A stretch of DNA of 63,651 nucleotides, filler included, from Lenisia limosa (GCA_001655205.1; 15 parts of 15 records of this genome joined end to end with filler, not necessarily neighbours in it); one strand, 5' to 3'; counted from the whole stretch's first letter, positions 20,701-33,388 are shown. Notes: a model not told the origin generated them from the letters alone. Translations and numbers: made by a program.

Positions 20701-22689
20701 TGCGTCATAGTGATCAAATCAGTGGCAAATTCCTCCAAGATCTAACAGGTCATTTTGGGGTTTGAGCAAGAAATCAGATATTGAGCTTTAATTTTTAGTT
20801 AATCGTATCAGGACTTATCGCGGTAACTGTATATACATTAAGAGCCTTAGAAAACAATAAATACATACACAGTCTGCGACAAGACTCCCCATAAGCTCAC
20901 CTTTTCAATGCCACCCCCCTCCCCAGGCCATCCCTTCCATTGTTGGTTCGTGTAGTCAATATTCTTCATCGNNNNNNNNNNNNNNNNNNNNNNNNNNNNN
21001 NNNNNNNNNNNNNNNTTAATTAATTAANNNNNNNNNNNNNNNNNNNNNNNNNNNNNNNNNNNNNNNNNNNNGAGAGGGGATTTGTCCTTCATTTTGATTG
21101 AAATCACTAAACTGGGGGCACAGTTTCTGGATGTGTTTGGGGGTATCTGAAATGATGATAAGAACAGCTGTTAACAATGATGACTTTGAATTTGAAAGAA
21201 AGCAAATAAAGGCAAAAGAAGAGCAATACTCCCCTCAGTACATTGGATGCTGGAACTGTAGAAGCAGCGGAATACAGGGAAGTTTTCCTCATTAAAAGCC
21301 TTCACGAGGGACCAGGAGCTTAACACGTTGCCAGCATAAGTGATGACCTAAACTGTAAAGAAGAAGAGGAAGGTAAGAGTTCACCAGCACCCCTACCAAA
21401 TTATCAAGTTCGATTCCGGAAATTTCCTTCATTTGATTGACGAAATGCTGAAACTCGGGAAATGCGGCTGGCTCTGGAAACGGAATTAGCGGATTGTCTT
21501 GCTGAATAGATCATTTTTTTTGATTTATTTACAATTTTATTTTACTCATTTAAGCTGACGTAAATGGGGCAAAAATAGCAAACAAACACAAAACTTATTT
21601 TTTCTGCCAAGTAATATACTAATCTTCACAAATTTCTTTGATGCAAGATCAATTGTTCAATTCGAGCTGAGGGCAAAGATGCCTCCAGCTCAGACCTTTA
21701 CGTTTATGTTAAGAGGTTATGATGATATCTTATTCACCCACTGCAGTGATATGCATTACAACTTCTATACGATTATACTGTAAGTGTATTAGTATTATAT
21801 CTTTTACCCATGATTAAACGGTCAACTGGGTTACAAATTGCAATGACGATTGGTGCTAGGGATATTGTACCTTGCTCCCCTCTACTTCCCCCATACTGCT
21901 CTGTTGGTTTAAAGCCTGGGTTTGGCATTGAACTTCACTATAGACAGGCTGAGGAGTGTTGGGGATGTCCAGAATGAATGGGAACGAAGACAGCATGTTT
22001 GAAGGGCTATTAGTAATACTACCACCTCACTACTACTGTATTCTTCTTCTGTGGTGTGACTCTGTGTGACTGAGACACTGTAAGCTAGGAGGTGTACAGA
22101 TATTATCTGTAAGAAAGAGAGCTAAATGTTACATATTTTTTACATTTATTGCATTTTATCACATCCACCTTTAAATCCTCCCATCACACCACTCCACCTC
22201 ACCTCCTCCTCCATTCCTCCTCTGCACTCCACAACCACAACTCTACCACAACAATTAGAATAGAAGGAAGAAGTGAAAAAGAAGATGAAAGAAGAGTAAA
22301 AAGTAATCACGTAATAACTACAAGCTGCAACAAAAGAAGAGGTGGCAAAATGGTGGACACGGGAGCACTTCCTCACCCATGGTCGATTTACTTTGACGAA
22401 CCGACTGTCAGCGGGATGAAGGGATTTGAGGGGCTTTTGATGTGATACTGCCTATGTTGGAGATTGGAATTATGCGCAAGGTTCTCGAACTATTGGTGTG
22501 CGTAAATGGGGGAGTTTTGATGCTATCATGATCCGTTATAAATATAATGAATGACCCATGTCCATTATTGAATCAATTATATGACCAACTTTCTAAACGA
22601 AATGAGGAACTAATATAACACTATCCCAAGTGTTTCAGAGTTTCATTGAGACTTTCTCGATGATATCGCTGCGTGGAAAGGATAGTTCA

Positions 22690-22790
22690 CACTCATCACC
22701 ATCACCATCAGCATCATCATAGACATCATCACCATCAACATTATCATCACCACCAAGCATTATCACCATCCCTATCATCATCGAGCATAA
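22690..22790. repeat. Imperfect (CAT/CAC)n low-complexity tract
   Basis: Trinucleotide-rich run that generates the spurious poly-His ORF. Confidence 0.7.
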
Positions 22791-23427
22791 TTAAGGCGGC
22801 TCTAACACTCAAGGGGACTGGTATGTCGAAAGCGTCTTTTGAGAGCCGCTGTGTTCCCATGGGCTCGCACCAAACAATTGAGGTAAACATTTTTGTCAAA
22901 CAATTGAGAGACATTCGTATACTTTGGCTGATTTTGTTCAAATCTGTATCCCAAATCCGTAGGAATATTCTTACACTCCGAGGTTTCATTCTGGTTTAGC
23001 GGCCAGCTTTTAAAATTTATAAGATTCATAGGCTTTTGAAATGGGTGTTCATACACAATTATGTTTGATTATCGTTGTACTTTGTTCATTTCAGATAAGT
23101 ACATACTATGGCTTTTAAAATTTGATTTTAAAGAGGGTTTCAAATCGATATTCAGATTTATAGGATTTTGACGAGGGTTTCAAATCGGTCTGCGAGCCGT
23201 CCAAACTCCCGACCGAATGCAGTGTCCGAATATTCAGGTGTGCGGGGCGGGGGTCAGGATGGGTTTATCGAGGGGTTTTAACCCCAAAACACAACAGTTT
23301 TTACCCCAGTAATGGGATGCGGTGCTGNNNNNNNNNNNNNNNNNNNNNNNNNNNNNNNNNNNNNNNNNNNNTTAATTAATTAANNNNNNNNNNNNNNNNN
23401 NNNNNNNNNNNNNNNNNNNNNNNNNNN

Positions 23428-24816
23428 TCTGGAGTCCAAGCATTGCCGCTACGCGTACCCCGCCATGACCAAGACCCTCAAGGTATGTGTTTCTTCCTTT
23501 TCTTTCTTCTTTCTTTTTAGTTTATATTTCAACCTTCAATTTACTAAGTTCACTCTTTACCTTGGCAGGGCTTCAAGCTGACCATCCAAAGAGGAACCTT
23601 CACTGACTCTGAGGTACGAGGCTATGGCTATGGATTAGTATTGGTCAATGACCACAGAGTAATATACATTAATGCGTTAAGGTGATCACAAATGCTTGGC
23701 AGGATTGCATAGTGTCTCCCTTTCACCCCTCCTCCAGATTGTTGTCCTTCTTGGAGAAAACGGAACCGGAAAGACTACCTTCATCAGAATGCTTGCCGGA
23801 ATCATGGAGCCCGATGCCGGACAGGTCTTGGGGGGGGGGGGGTCTGAGGNNNNNNNNNNNNNNNNNNNNNNNNNNNNNNNNNNNNNNNNNNNNNNNNNNN
23901 NNNNNNNNNNNNNNNNNNNNNNNNNNNNNNNNNNNNNNNNNNNNNNNNNNNNNNNNNNNNNNGAAAGAATGCTACTTTCCCAAATATTCGTATCTTGTTG
24001 CTCTCGCTTTCTTTCCCTTTCTCAAATGCTCTAAGCTTAGACATGACCCTCCAGTCCGTGCCCGAGCTTAACGTCTCATACAAGCCCCAGAAGATCTCCC
24101 CCAAGTTCGGCGTAGGTTACTGGTCCTGAAAAGCCTTCTGTAAAACTTCCAACAGTTTCTTTGTTGACTTCCTACCCCCCCACTTGACAAAATTGCCTTT
24201 AGGGTACCGTCCGTATGCTCCTCCACAAGAAGATCCGCGACATGTACGTCCACCCTCAGGTATAAGGGTCTGTCTACTTGAACATAATAGACCGAAGCAA
24301 CATCGATATCTCAAGAAATCTATTGTTTTATTGTTCTAGGGTACCTTTATGCCTTTTTTTTTTTTATTCTTAACCCCCTTCTCCCAGTTTGTTACCGATG
24401 TCATGAAGCCTCTCCAAATGGAAGGTATTATCGACCAAGAAGTCCAGTACCTTTCCGGTGGTATGCTGGGGAGAGTGGGAAAATTTTGTCATCAGAAATT
24501 CAATATGATAATGGTCTTTCTATGAAACCTGAAACATGCCCCTTTGTACTTTTTTTGAACTGTGAAGGTGAACTCCAGCGTACCGCCATCACCCTGGCTC
24601 TTGGACAGGTTTGTGGCTACTCCTATCTCGTTGTACTCCAATGTTTCTGCCTGGCTGTTGTTTCGGAAATCTTATTATACATGATTTCCTATCGTTATTA
24701 GTTAAAAGCCCTCTTGTTTCTGACCCCCCCAAGGTTGCCGACATTTACCTTATTGATGAACCTTCTGCTTACCTCGATTCCGAACAACGTATCCACTGCT
24801 CAAAGGTTATCAAGAG
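23428..24816 (+). CDS. ABCE1: ABCE1 / RLI1 ribosome-recycling ATPase, second NBD, partial, 8 exons
   Basis: YPAMTKTLK|[15 protein letters not shown]|[36 protein letters not shown]|[19 protein letters not shown]|[17 protein letters not shown]|[14 protein letters not shown]|[19 protein letters not shown] are diagnostic ABCE1 motifs. Confidence 0.97.
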
Positions 24817-25243
24817 GTGGGGTGGGGCATGACCTCTCTGTCTCTCTCTCTCTTTCCCTCCCTTGTCCTATTTCTTTTTTGTAAGGTCTGATGACCATCA
24901 TCTCCTTTCTTCAACCTAANNNNNNNNNNNNNNNNNNNNNNNNNNNNNNNNNNNNNNNNNNNNTTAATTAATTAANNNNNNNNNNNNNNNNNNNNNNNNN
25001 NNNNNNNNNNNNNNNNNNNTGGGGGGGGGGGTGATTTAACAGACCTGAATTGGGAAGGTAAACCCTTATACGGAAGGGGAGAAGAAGGAGAGCAAGAAAG
25101 GCGAATATAGAAAGATGAGACAAGTCGAGGGGGATTAAACGCAACCTTTGCCACATTCTACAAAATCTCTTGTTTTGGACCATATTCCTGTGTTTTTATT
25201 CATACTTTTGGAAACCGCAGCGGTGTCTGGGGGTATTATGCAG

Positions 25244-26109
25244 GAAGGAGTTTTTAAAACTACTCAAGACTGTGATATTGTAAGAAACTCTGTTTCCCCT
25301 GTTGAATTGCCAAGCCATTTACCTCTTCAGTGCAATTGTGATGCTGGATGGAACGGTGACGACTGTGAATGTGACTCCACCAAGGTGGGGATTAAGAGCT
25401 TATTTCAATCCAAAAAGATGGAGGAAATGTAGTCGAAATTTCATTGGGATATCACCTTCATTAATATTCCCAAAATTGAAATCTCAAATCAGAAAGCGTC
25501 AATAGAAATACAAGTGTATTTACATAGGGATATCACCAGCAAAACACCAACAAACTTCAACTCACCCTTAAAGGTTTGTTCTGAATTTGACAACTGCAAT
25601 GGGGCTGAGCACGGTACTTGCGACTGTGGAGGTGCGGGGGGATATATAGTATCCGGTGGTGGTGTATTTCCCCCTTCCCTCAACCTATCTTAACATCTAC
25701 ATCATCATTATGATCATCACCATCATCATCATCATCACCGCCCCTCACTGTAATAGTCTGTGCCTGTGAGCCAGGATGGGGAGGAGACTTCTGCAACTGC
25801 ACAACTGCCCCATGCCCAGCAGGGTGCGTTCATGGCGACTGCATTTGTGGAGAAGTAAGGGGGAGTAGGCGAGATTCTCTCTTTAGTGGGAGGGGAGGGG
25901 GGTACTGTCTGGTATTCTATGTAATCAGGGTTTTGCCTCACCTGTTTCTCATATTTATAGTACCCCCTACTCCCTCCATCCATGGGCTTTTTTTTTGTTT
26001 CATAAATTTTCCAATTTGACTCCCCCCAGTGCATCTGTGAAGAAGGCTTCAGCGGCCTTGACTGCGATTGTCTGGAGGGTGCTGAGTGCCCCCCTGGCTG
26101 CACCACCTG
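25244..26109 (+). CDS. Cys-rich EGF-like repeat protein (integrin-beta I-EGF / tenascin type), partial
   Basis: Exons CNCDAGWNGDDCECDSTK|VCSEFDNCNGAEHGTCDCG|VCACEPGWGGDFCNCTTAPCPAGCVHGDCICGE|CICEEGFSGLDCDC give repeated CxCxxGWxGxxCxC motifs. Confidence 0.8.
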
Positions 26110-26559
26110 NNNNNNNNNNNNNNNNNNNNNNNNNNNNNNNNNNNNNNNNNNNNNNNNNNNNNNNNNNNNNNNNNNNNNNNNNNNNNNNNNNNNNNNNNNN
26201 NNNNNNNNNNNNNNNNNNNNNNNNNNNNNNNNNNNNNNNNNNNNNNNNNNNNNNNNNNNNNNNNNNNTATACTTGATATAATACAGTATAAATATAGACA
26301 AAATATGAATCAAGCGACAAAACTGTGAATCAATGACAAAACTGGGAATCACTTGTTTTTGAAAATACTATTGCTTGTTCTTGTTCTATTTCTGTTTTTA
26401 ACATTCTTTTTTTTTTTTGGAAAGCGTTCATTTATACCTATTTTCAATTCAAAATAAGTTCTCTCCCAGTCAGCACTTATTTTTTGTGTATTTGAAAATG
26501 AATTGAATCCTAATTCGAAGATACATGAGAAGACAAAGAGCATCACATAGAACAAAACG

Positions 26560-27652
26560 CATCACTTCCTCAGCGAGAGTACGAACTGGGGTCTTGCGCT
26601 TGGCTGGGGGACGTTCCCGGTAAAACAGAGCCATACTTGTCACTTAAATAAACCAACCTTGGGTTTGTTCGTTGCGGCCTTTTTGGCTTCTGAACACACT
26701 TAGAGATTCAACACAAAGTTTTTAAAATCCAATAGTTCTCCCCATACTCACGTTGGCTTCGTCCGTGGCGGGAACTGGGTTTCGAACTTGACGACCCAAG
26801 TAGCATGAGAACATATGATGTTGACCAATTTAGTAAACAGGAAGAAAAATCTAGATAACAACGAAATGTCACCATACCAATTCGGCAGGAGCGGCATTCT
26901 TTTTGGCTCGTTCGGCCTTGCGAAGAGACTAGAATATGAGAAAAATATCCCACAGGATTAAAAAACAGCTCCCACCCAAATCCAACTCACTCGAGGGTAC
27001 GCACTTTCACGTCAGCCATGAGGTTCTTGATCGAGTTAGCCTCGATGTTGGCAGCCTGGATACGCTCATGGATGACTGGGATAAGGGAAATGGGGGACAT
27101 AGTATCAGGACGAGACTGAATAATTGCACGGTCAGACCAGGGAAGGGTCTTATTCTCGTTTGACGAGGAAGGCGGCCTGCTCGTTCTGGTCAAACTTCTT
27201 GATGTAGGCAGTGATGAGGGGACCAGTCACCGTCGGAGTCGTCGCTGGGCTTGGCAGCCTAGCCTCATAGCCAGCAATGTCTGAAAATTTGCAAAAATCA
27301 AAAAATTAAAACACCATCCTAATATATTTTGTTCCAGAATTCTATAATTGAGATACTCAAAAAAAAAAAAGGATAACCCCCCTTCCTTCCCACTCATACC
27401 CGATAGTCCCAACAAGAGTCATGTGGGCAACCTTAGGGTCCACCTTGGTGTAGACCATTCGCCTCTGGCGGAGCGAGAACCTTAGCCTTCTTGCCAGAAC
27501 CGGAAACTTTAACCATAGCTTCGTCCATGTTGTAGACGAGGTTAGAGTCAAACTCATGCTCTTCGAAGATAGCAGAAAAGTTGTCGAAGTGCTGCATGAG
27601 CTTCTCCTCGGATGTGGCATCGAAGCGACCGGAGTCGACAGAGTTGGGGGTC
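26560..27652 (-). pseudogene. pogo/Fot1/Tigger-like (DDE_1) transposase-derived, intron-containing, frameshifted
   Basis: About 27408-27650 reads TPNSVDSGRFDATSEEKLMQHFDNFSAIFEEHEFDSNLVYNMDEAMVKVSGSGKKAKVLAPPEA, then after a 1-nt shift RMVYTKVDPKVAHMTLVGTIG. This matches the YNxDE...KVLA...T-hydrophobic pattern of the DDE_1 first catalytic Asp. Downstream AG/GT-bounded segments are coding-like, but the second and third Asp motifs were not seen. Confidence 0.6.
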
Positions 27653-27816
27653 TCAAAGGTGGGTGAAAATTAATGAGGGAGGGGGGTAAGTTTCGATNNN
27701 NNNNNNNNNNNNNNNNNNNNNNNNNNNNNNNNNNNNNNNNNTTAATTAATTAANNNNNNNNNNNNNNNNNNNNNNNNNNNNNNNNNNNNNNNNNNNNTCA
27801 ACCCCCCCCCCCCAAC

Positions 27817-28032
27817 TTCATGACTGTCCAGGGTCTTGAGAATGGTGGTGAATGTCGTCCGAACAACATCTGTATCGGTCATGTTACATACACGGTTGGA
27901 AGTATTCATATGATCGCACATGATTATATTTATAAAAATGTGGCTGAAAACACACAAGAGTTGATAACAACAAAACAAATAAAGCCCAGGCCAGTCGCTT
28001 CTTCAGCACCGCATGTTAGTAAAGCTAGAAAA

Positions 28033-28087
<55 letters not shown>

Positions 28088-28494
28088 NNNNNNNNNNNNN
28101 NNNNNNNNNNNNNNNNNNNNNNNNNNNNNNNNNNNNNNNNNNNNNNNNNNNNNNNNNNNNNNNNNNNNNNNNNNNNNNNNNNNNNNNNNNNNNNNNNNNN
28201 NNNNNNNNNNNNNNNNNNNNNNNNNNNNNNNNNNNNNNNNNNNNNNNNNNNNNNNNNNNNNNNNNNNNNNNNNNNNNNNNNNNNNNNNNNNNNNNATGTT
28301 GCACCAGTCATTCTGCCCAAGAACAATGTCGGAATTAGACCCGTGCGCAAACTCAATTGTTGACATGGGCATTGTGAGGGCAGGATCAAAGTCTGCCGTC
28401 TCCGTCGAGACGCGTATGGAGGCCTCTGGCCGAAACTTCAGCGCTGACTTCGATAAGACGGGTTGTTGCGTTGTTGCTATCGACCTCGAGAGGT
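27817..28494 (-). CDS. Hypothetical protein exons, partial
   Basis: C-rich acceptor before 28494 and G-run donor after 27817 fix the strand. Open exons SIATTQQPVLSKSALKFRPEASIRVSTETADFDPALTMPMSTIEFAHGSNSDIVLGQNDWCN and DVVRTTFTTILKTLDSHE. Confidence 0.4.
28037..28087. repeat. (GA)n microsatellite running into a gap
   Basis: About 25 GA units. Confidence 0.95.
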
Positions 28495-29674
28495 GCGACG
28501 GTGTGGTGGGAGGGGGAATCTGGAAGAGTGTCATAGTGAACTTATAGTTTTCTAGTCCGCGGGTCGCATTGCTCTCTGTTGTGTTAACAGTGATGTTGCA
28601 GTGATGTGTAGTGGTATGCAGGTCAGGTTTGTTGTTTTCTGAAATTTCGCGCCTAAAAGTCTTGTACTAGTTTTTATACTCTTCAAAAGGCGCCAAAAAC
28701 TGAAAAATTGAACCCTTTCAATGGATTGTGATCTATAGACACGTATTCCTACATTATCAACGAAAGAAGAAGACAGATCAGGAAGCACTCTGAGATTTAG
28801 GTCCTTTACGGGCCTGTTACACATATTTATGCCTCTCCCCTACGCTCCTGAGCCGCTCTTTGGCATTCAGCAGTTCTTCTCATCGTTCTTTTCACTGTGT
28901 TCCCTCATTCTTCACATGTAAGCGTTTGCAACTCCCAAGTATTACTGCACTTTTGCCCTCTTCAGTCTACTATGATCACGTTTTTTTGTAGCACCTGTTT
29001 GTTGCTGAGATAAGGGATATAAACAGTAGCAGTGTCGGGCAATTGATCTAATATCACCGCTTGGAAACGAAGATTGGGATGAGGAATATGCCGACACATC
29101 GCGTTGGTCATCCTTTGTGTTGTGGCATTTCTTTACTGATGTTGGAGAGTGAAAGAGATAAGCTTGGCTATTTTGACGAAATTTATCCTATATTTCAGAA
29201 TTTTAAGAGTAATGGGATAGAATACTGAAGGATAGAAAGGCGTGTTTGTCAGTTTTTTTTTTGACACAATTAAAAGAGCCAAGGATTATAATTTCAAATT
29301 CAACATTGCCTCTTTTATATGCATGCATACACAGTGCCGGGATTTGTCTTGACCGATTTGCTATGTAGTTTCTCCAAGGAAAATATTCTTATCCTGGTCA
29401 CGATACATTTTTAATACTGGCCGCGCTATAAGTCCGAATTAGTATATTGAGCCTTATTAATAATCGCGTCAGGTCTTATCGTGGCCACTGTTTATGATAT
29501 ACTATATAGCAATGAGAAATGAAAAATAAGGATGTATCCGGCCGAAGCCGTCNNNNNNNNNNNNNNNNNNNNNNNNNNNNNNNNNNNNNNNNNNNNTTAA
29601 TTAATTAANNNNNNNNNNNNNNNNNNNNNNNNNNNNNNNNNNNNNNNNNNNNCTTGAGGGTTGGATGCACCCCT

Positions 29675-30746
29675 GTAGACCCCGCAGGACACCATAGTGG
29701 GGGGGGGGGAGTAAAATACTGTTTGTAATAATAGATAAAGAGAAGGATGAAGTAGGGCTTTCCTACGCTCCAAAAAAGGCCGTATTTATCGAGGATTCAT
29801 CGAGAAATTCAGTCTTCTTTGGGGACCCTAGTTATCAGAAACACCATAGTGAGGGTATTATTTATGTTATTATGGGGATTAAGGGGAGGGAATTTGTGGT
29901 ATGGTTTACAATATTCACTTTTTTGCCAATATCCTTCATTGAAATTTCATTCAGAAGCGACTGAGCCTTTTTTGTTTTCTTTGGTGATTTTTTTTCTCTT
30001 TCTTAAATTTTCCAATTTTACGTAGGCTGGAGTGATTGGATGCGGTGCTGCAAAAGCGATTGGCCTGGGCTTTGTTTGTTTTGTTGTTTATCAACCCTCG
30101 TGTGTTGTCAGCAGAGTTGATTTGGGCTTTTGTTTCATAAATTTCCAATTTTACCCCGCACCCAGGTGCGGAAGTAGTAGTATACACTGACGACGTTCTC
30201 CCTGCTCCGCCCACTGCCGAGGCTATTTCCGTGAGGCGGTGGATGGAGTCGATAGCAAGGAGCAAAGGAGGGGCAGGGCGATGGCGGACAAATTTGTTTC
30301 TGACATACTCTGCGTATTCAATGAGTATTACATTCTCTGTTTATGGGATGATTTTTCCTGAAGTGTTTCTCTTATCTTCTCTACTCGCCCCCCTCCCCCT
30401 AGCTTTTCTTTTGGCCATTTATCAAACTTGTTTTGATTTTATTTTGAGTTTTTTTCTTTTTAGTTTATATTATAGACAGATAATTCTCTAAGAAAGCTGT
30501 GTACACAGAGTTGTTTCAAGGAAAATTTTTGCATTTTGAATATCCCCATCGTATGTGTTTTTGTTGTTGTCTGTCTTGCCTTATCCCCATCGTATATGCT
30601 TTTGTTGTTGTCTGTCTTGCCTTATCCCCATCATATGGTTGTTTTTGTTGTTGTCTGTCTTCCTTACCTCTCAGCTTATTGGAAACCCGGTTGAAGGCTC
30701 GATTCTGACAAGTGAAATCGCCTATGCTGGTTGGAGGGAATTCTAG
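29675..30746 (+). CDS. Hypothetical protein exons, 3' part
   Basis: Small exon before the G-run donor at about 29697; exon from 30166 (AEVVVYTDDVLPAPPTAEAISV) behind a family B acceptor; probable terminal exon LIGNPVEGSILTSEIAYAGWREF*. Confidence 0.35.
30543..30664. repeat. ~41-bp tandem repeat x3 (atccccatc.tat....ttttgttgttgtctgtcttgcctt)
   Basis: Three near-identical units. Confidence 0.85.
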
Positions 30747-32629
30747 AGAACCATGACAGAAAACACCCCTTAAGAAGAATATCATTTTGAGGACCCATTA
30801 AAACAAGCCAATATTCGAACCACCTTATTGTTTATGGTTTTTTTTTTTGGTTTGGAGCTATTTCTATCCTACATTTACATGTTGCTCTCAAAATATGCCA
30901 TTACTGAGCGCTGGCGCCATCTTCTATCACCATATAATATTCTAACCCGGCAGGAGGCGAGCCCGGCGATCACGTGATCAATTGGGTCAGAGTGGGACCA
31001 GTGGAGGGCCANNNNNNNNNNNNNNNNNNNNNNNNNNNNNNNNNNNNNNNNNNNNTTAATTAATTAANNNNNNNNNNNNNNNNNNNNNNNNNNNNNNNNN
31101 NNNNNNNNNNNTGTAATTGCTTCAAAACAGTTAGTATACTTTAATGAGAAAGACAAAAAAAAAGGAAGACAATACATTATTTACATGAATATTCATCAGA
31201 CACACCACACCCTAATTGCTGTAGTACCCGGAGGTTGTTGCCTCTTCAGCATGGCAGTCGTTTAATGGAAGGTGGGAATTTGTTAATTTCCTTTAATGGA
31301 GGGAAGGTTTTTATTTATTTCCTTCAATGGAAGGAAGGTTTTGGTTTTATTTACATTTATGGAAGGTTGTTGTATGCGCTGATTTATTTTGGTTTATACT
31401 TTTGTTTCTAGATTTTTCGTTTTTACGATNNNNNNNNNNNNNNNNNNNNNNNNNNNNNNNNNNNNNNNNNNNNNNNNNNNNNNNNNNNNNNNNNNNNNNN
31501 NNNNNNNNNNNNNNNNNNNNNNNNNNNNNNNNNNNNNNNNNNNNNNNNNCAGCAACTCAGGCTGTTGCTGAGCTCTAATCATGTATATCTATCTACAAGT
31601 CAATGTAATTCTAATTATTTTGAAGGAACGAGGGGTGTTATTTCTGCGCTTAAATAAATAACTACTTACCAATTCCATGTATTAAGGAATCCCATAAATG
31701 TCTTCAATAGGATTGTCCGTTTTGACTCCCTCAATTCGCCGTACGTAAAGGTAGTGGATCATTACTTGCTAAGAAAGTTAAAATTTAAAACCGTCACGTA
31801 TTTTGAGACCTTAGAAAGGTACCCACAGTGGCAATGATTCAATTGTAACTGATGTATGTGACCGTAACTTGGATATCTTGAACTTCTTGTCAATCGTTTC
31901 ATGACATCGTTATCAAATTTCATACCGTCAAAGTGCGAAAAGTTATTTCAGATTCAAATTGATTGTCTTTTTGGATATATATATATGTATAGAGATATTC
32001 TTTTTTGAAGAAAATATAATTAATTAACAGAGAATACTGGAATTGTGGAATTGAGCTCAATAGGTCATGGTCAAATTCATGGCACTCCGAGCCTATCCGA
32101 GAGAATTTCCAATATTCTTAAATATTTAGTTTGAGGAGTATTAGGTTGTTAGCGTTCATTCAGCTCTGGAGCTGGATAAAGAAGGGCTAAGGCAGAAGAG
32201 AGAAGCGCTAGCAGCAGGACCTTTTCCTCGGAATGGGAGGGTTGTTCCTTTTTGGACAGACTTCTAAGAAAGGCAAAGAGGGAATCAGCCCCTTAGTGAA
32301 CAAGTTAAGTTGCATAAGTGACGTTTTTCGCCCTTCGCTTTCAGCAGCTTCACAAAAGGATAGATGGGACCAGCAGCAGGAAAACAAAGCCTGGGAGCGC
32401 TTGAATATCATCAGAACCTTCAGGTTTGGAGCATTCCTTAGATTGGTCATTACTTTTCCCCGTGATCCTGAACCTTAACACCATCGACATCTTGTTTTTT
32501 TTTGATTATGTAGTTTCTTAGTGGAATTCGTTGTGGTTCTGCTTTTTGTGGAATTCGGGGAACACTGGCATCCTCACGAGTAAGCGACGGGCCTCCTTCG
32601 TCTTTACCACGCAATATTGTGCAATATCA

Positions 32630-33288
32630 AGCTGAAAAAAGTCCTTCTGGCAGTCCTGTTATTCTACCCGAGGTTTCCCCTCTCTGACCCTTTTTAGATC
32701 TGTTTTCGGCTACCTCTTAGGCCCCGGCCAAACTGACAGCCCGTGGAGTGAAACGTTCACAGCGTCCACAAGTCTTGGCACGTCTGTTTTTATTACCGTT
32801 ACGCTTTTGCTGATAACATGGGCGCTCATCAACAAAAAGGTTAGTTAAGGGTGCTTTTGCGTCAATTTATTGATGCTAATGCCAAAAAAAAAAAAAAAAA
32901 CATTAATTCATGAATTTAGGTGGTCTATTTTAGAGTTATATAATTAATCCATTAATAAGTTGTATATTTTCCCCTTTCATTCATTCTTTGGCTGGGTAAG
33001 TGTTTAACAACCATGAGGTAGTTGTGTCAACCCTTTGTGTTGCTCTCCAATAGAGTTGACTGATCTGGGCATCTGTTTCAAAATTTTTCAATTTTACCCC
33101 CCTCCCCCACTGTCTGATACTTTTTGTTATCTCAGGGTATTGTTTCTCTCTTTTATCTATTGATTCAAAAACAGTGTTTTACTCCCATCCCCCAGAACTA
33201 CCGCGAAAACCCCCATGCCTTCCGCCTAGCCGCCGGAACAATGTTTTACTCCATGACCACGTTTGCTATCGCCCCGGCCTGTCTCAGT
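32630..33288 (+). CDS. Probable membrane protein exons, partial
   Basis: AG/GT-bounded exon GPGQTDSPWSETFTASTSLGTSVFITVTLLLITWALINKK (hydrophobic helix) and NYRENPHAFRLAAGTMFYSMTTFAIAPACLS. Confidence 0.4.
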
Positions 33289-33388
33289 NNNNNNNNNNNN
33301 NNNNNNNNNNNNNNNNNNNNNNNNNNNNNNNNTTAATTAATTAANNNNNNNNNNNNNNNNNNNNNNNNNNNNNNNNNNNNNNNNNNNN

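Noticed and set aside
22673-22999. Poly-His ORF and poly-RE/SL ORFs at 28037-28087
   Set aside because: These are translations of CAT-rich and (GA)n simple repeats.
21072-23327. Gene model for this scaffold
   Set aside because: Exon-like segments occur on both strands (for example 21072-21345 minus and 22797-22883 plus), but no consistent frame or family could be established.
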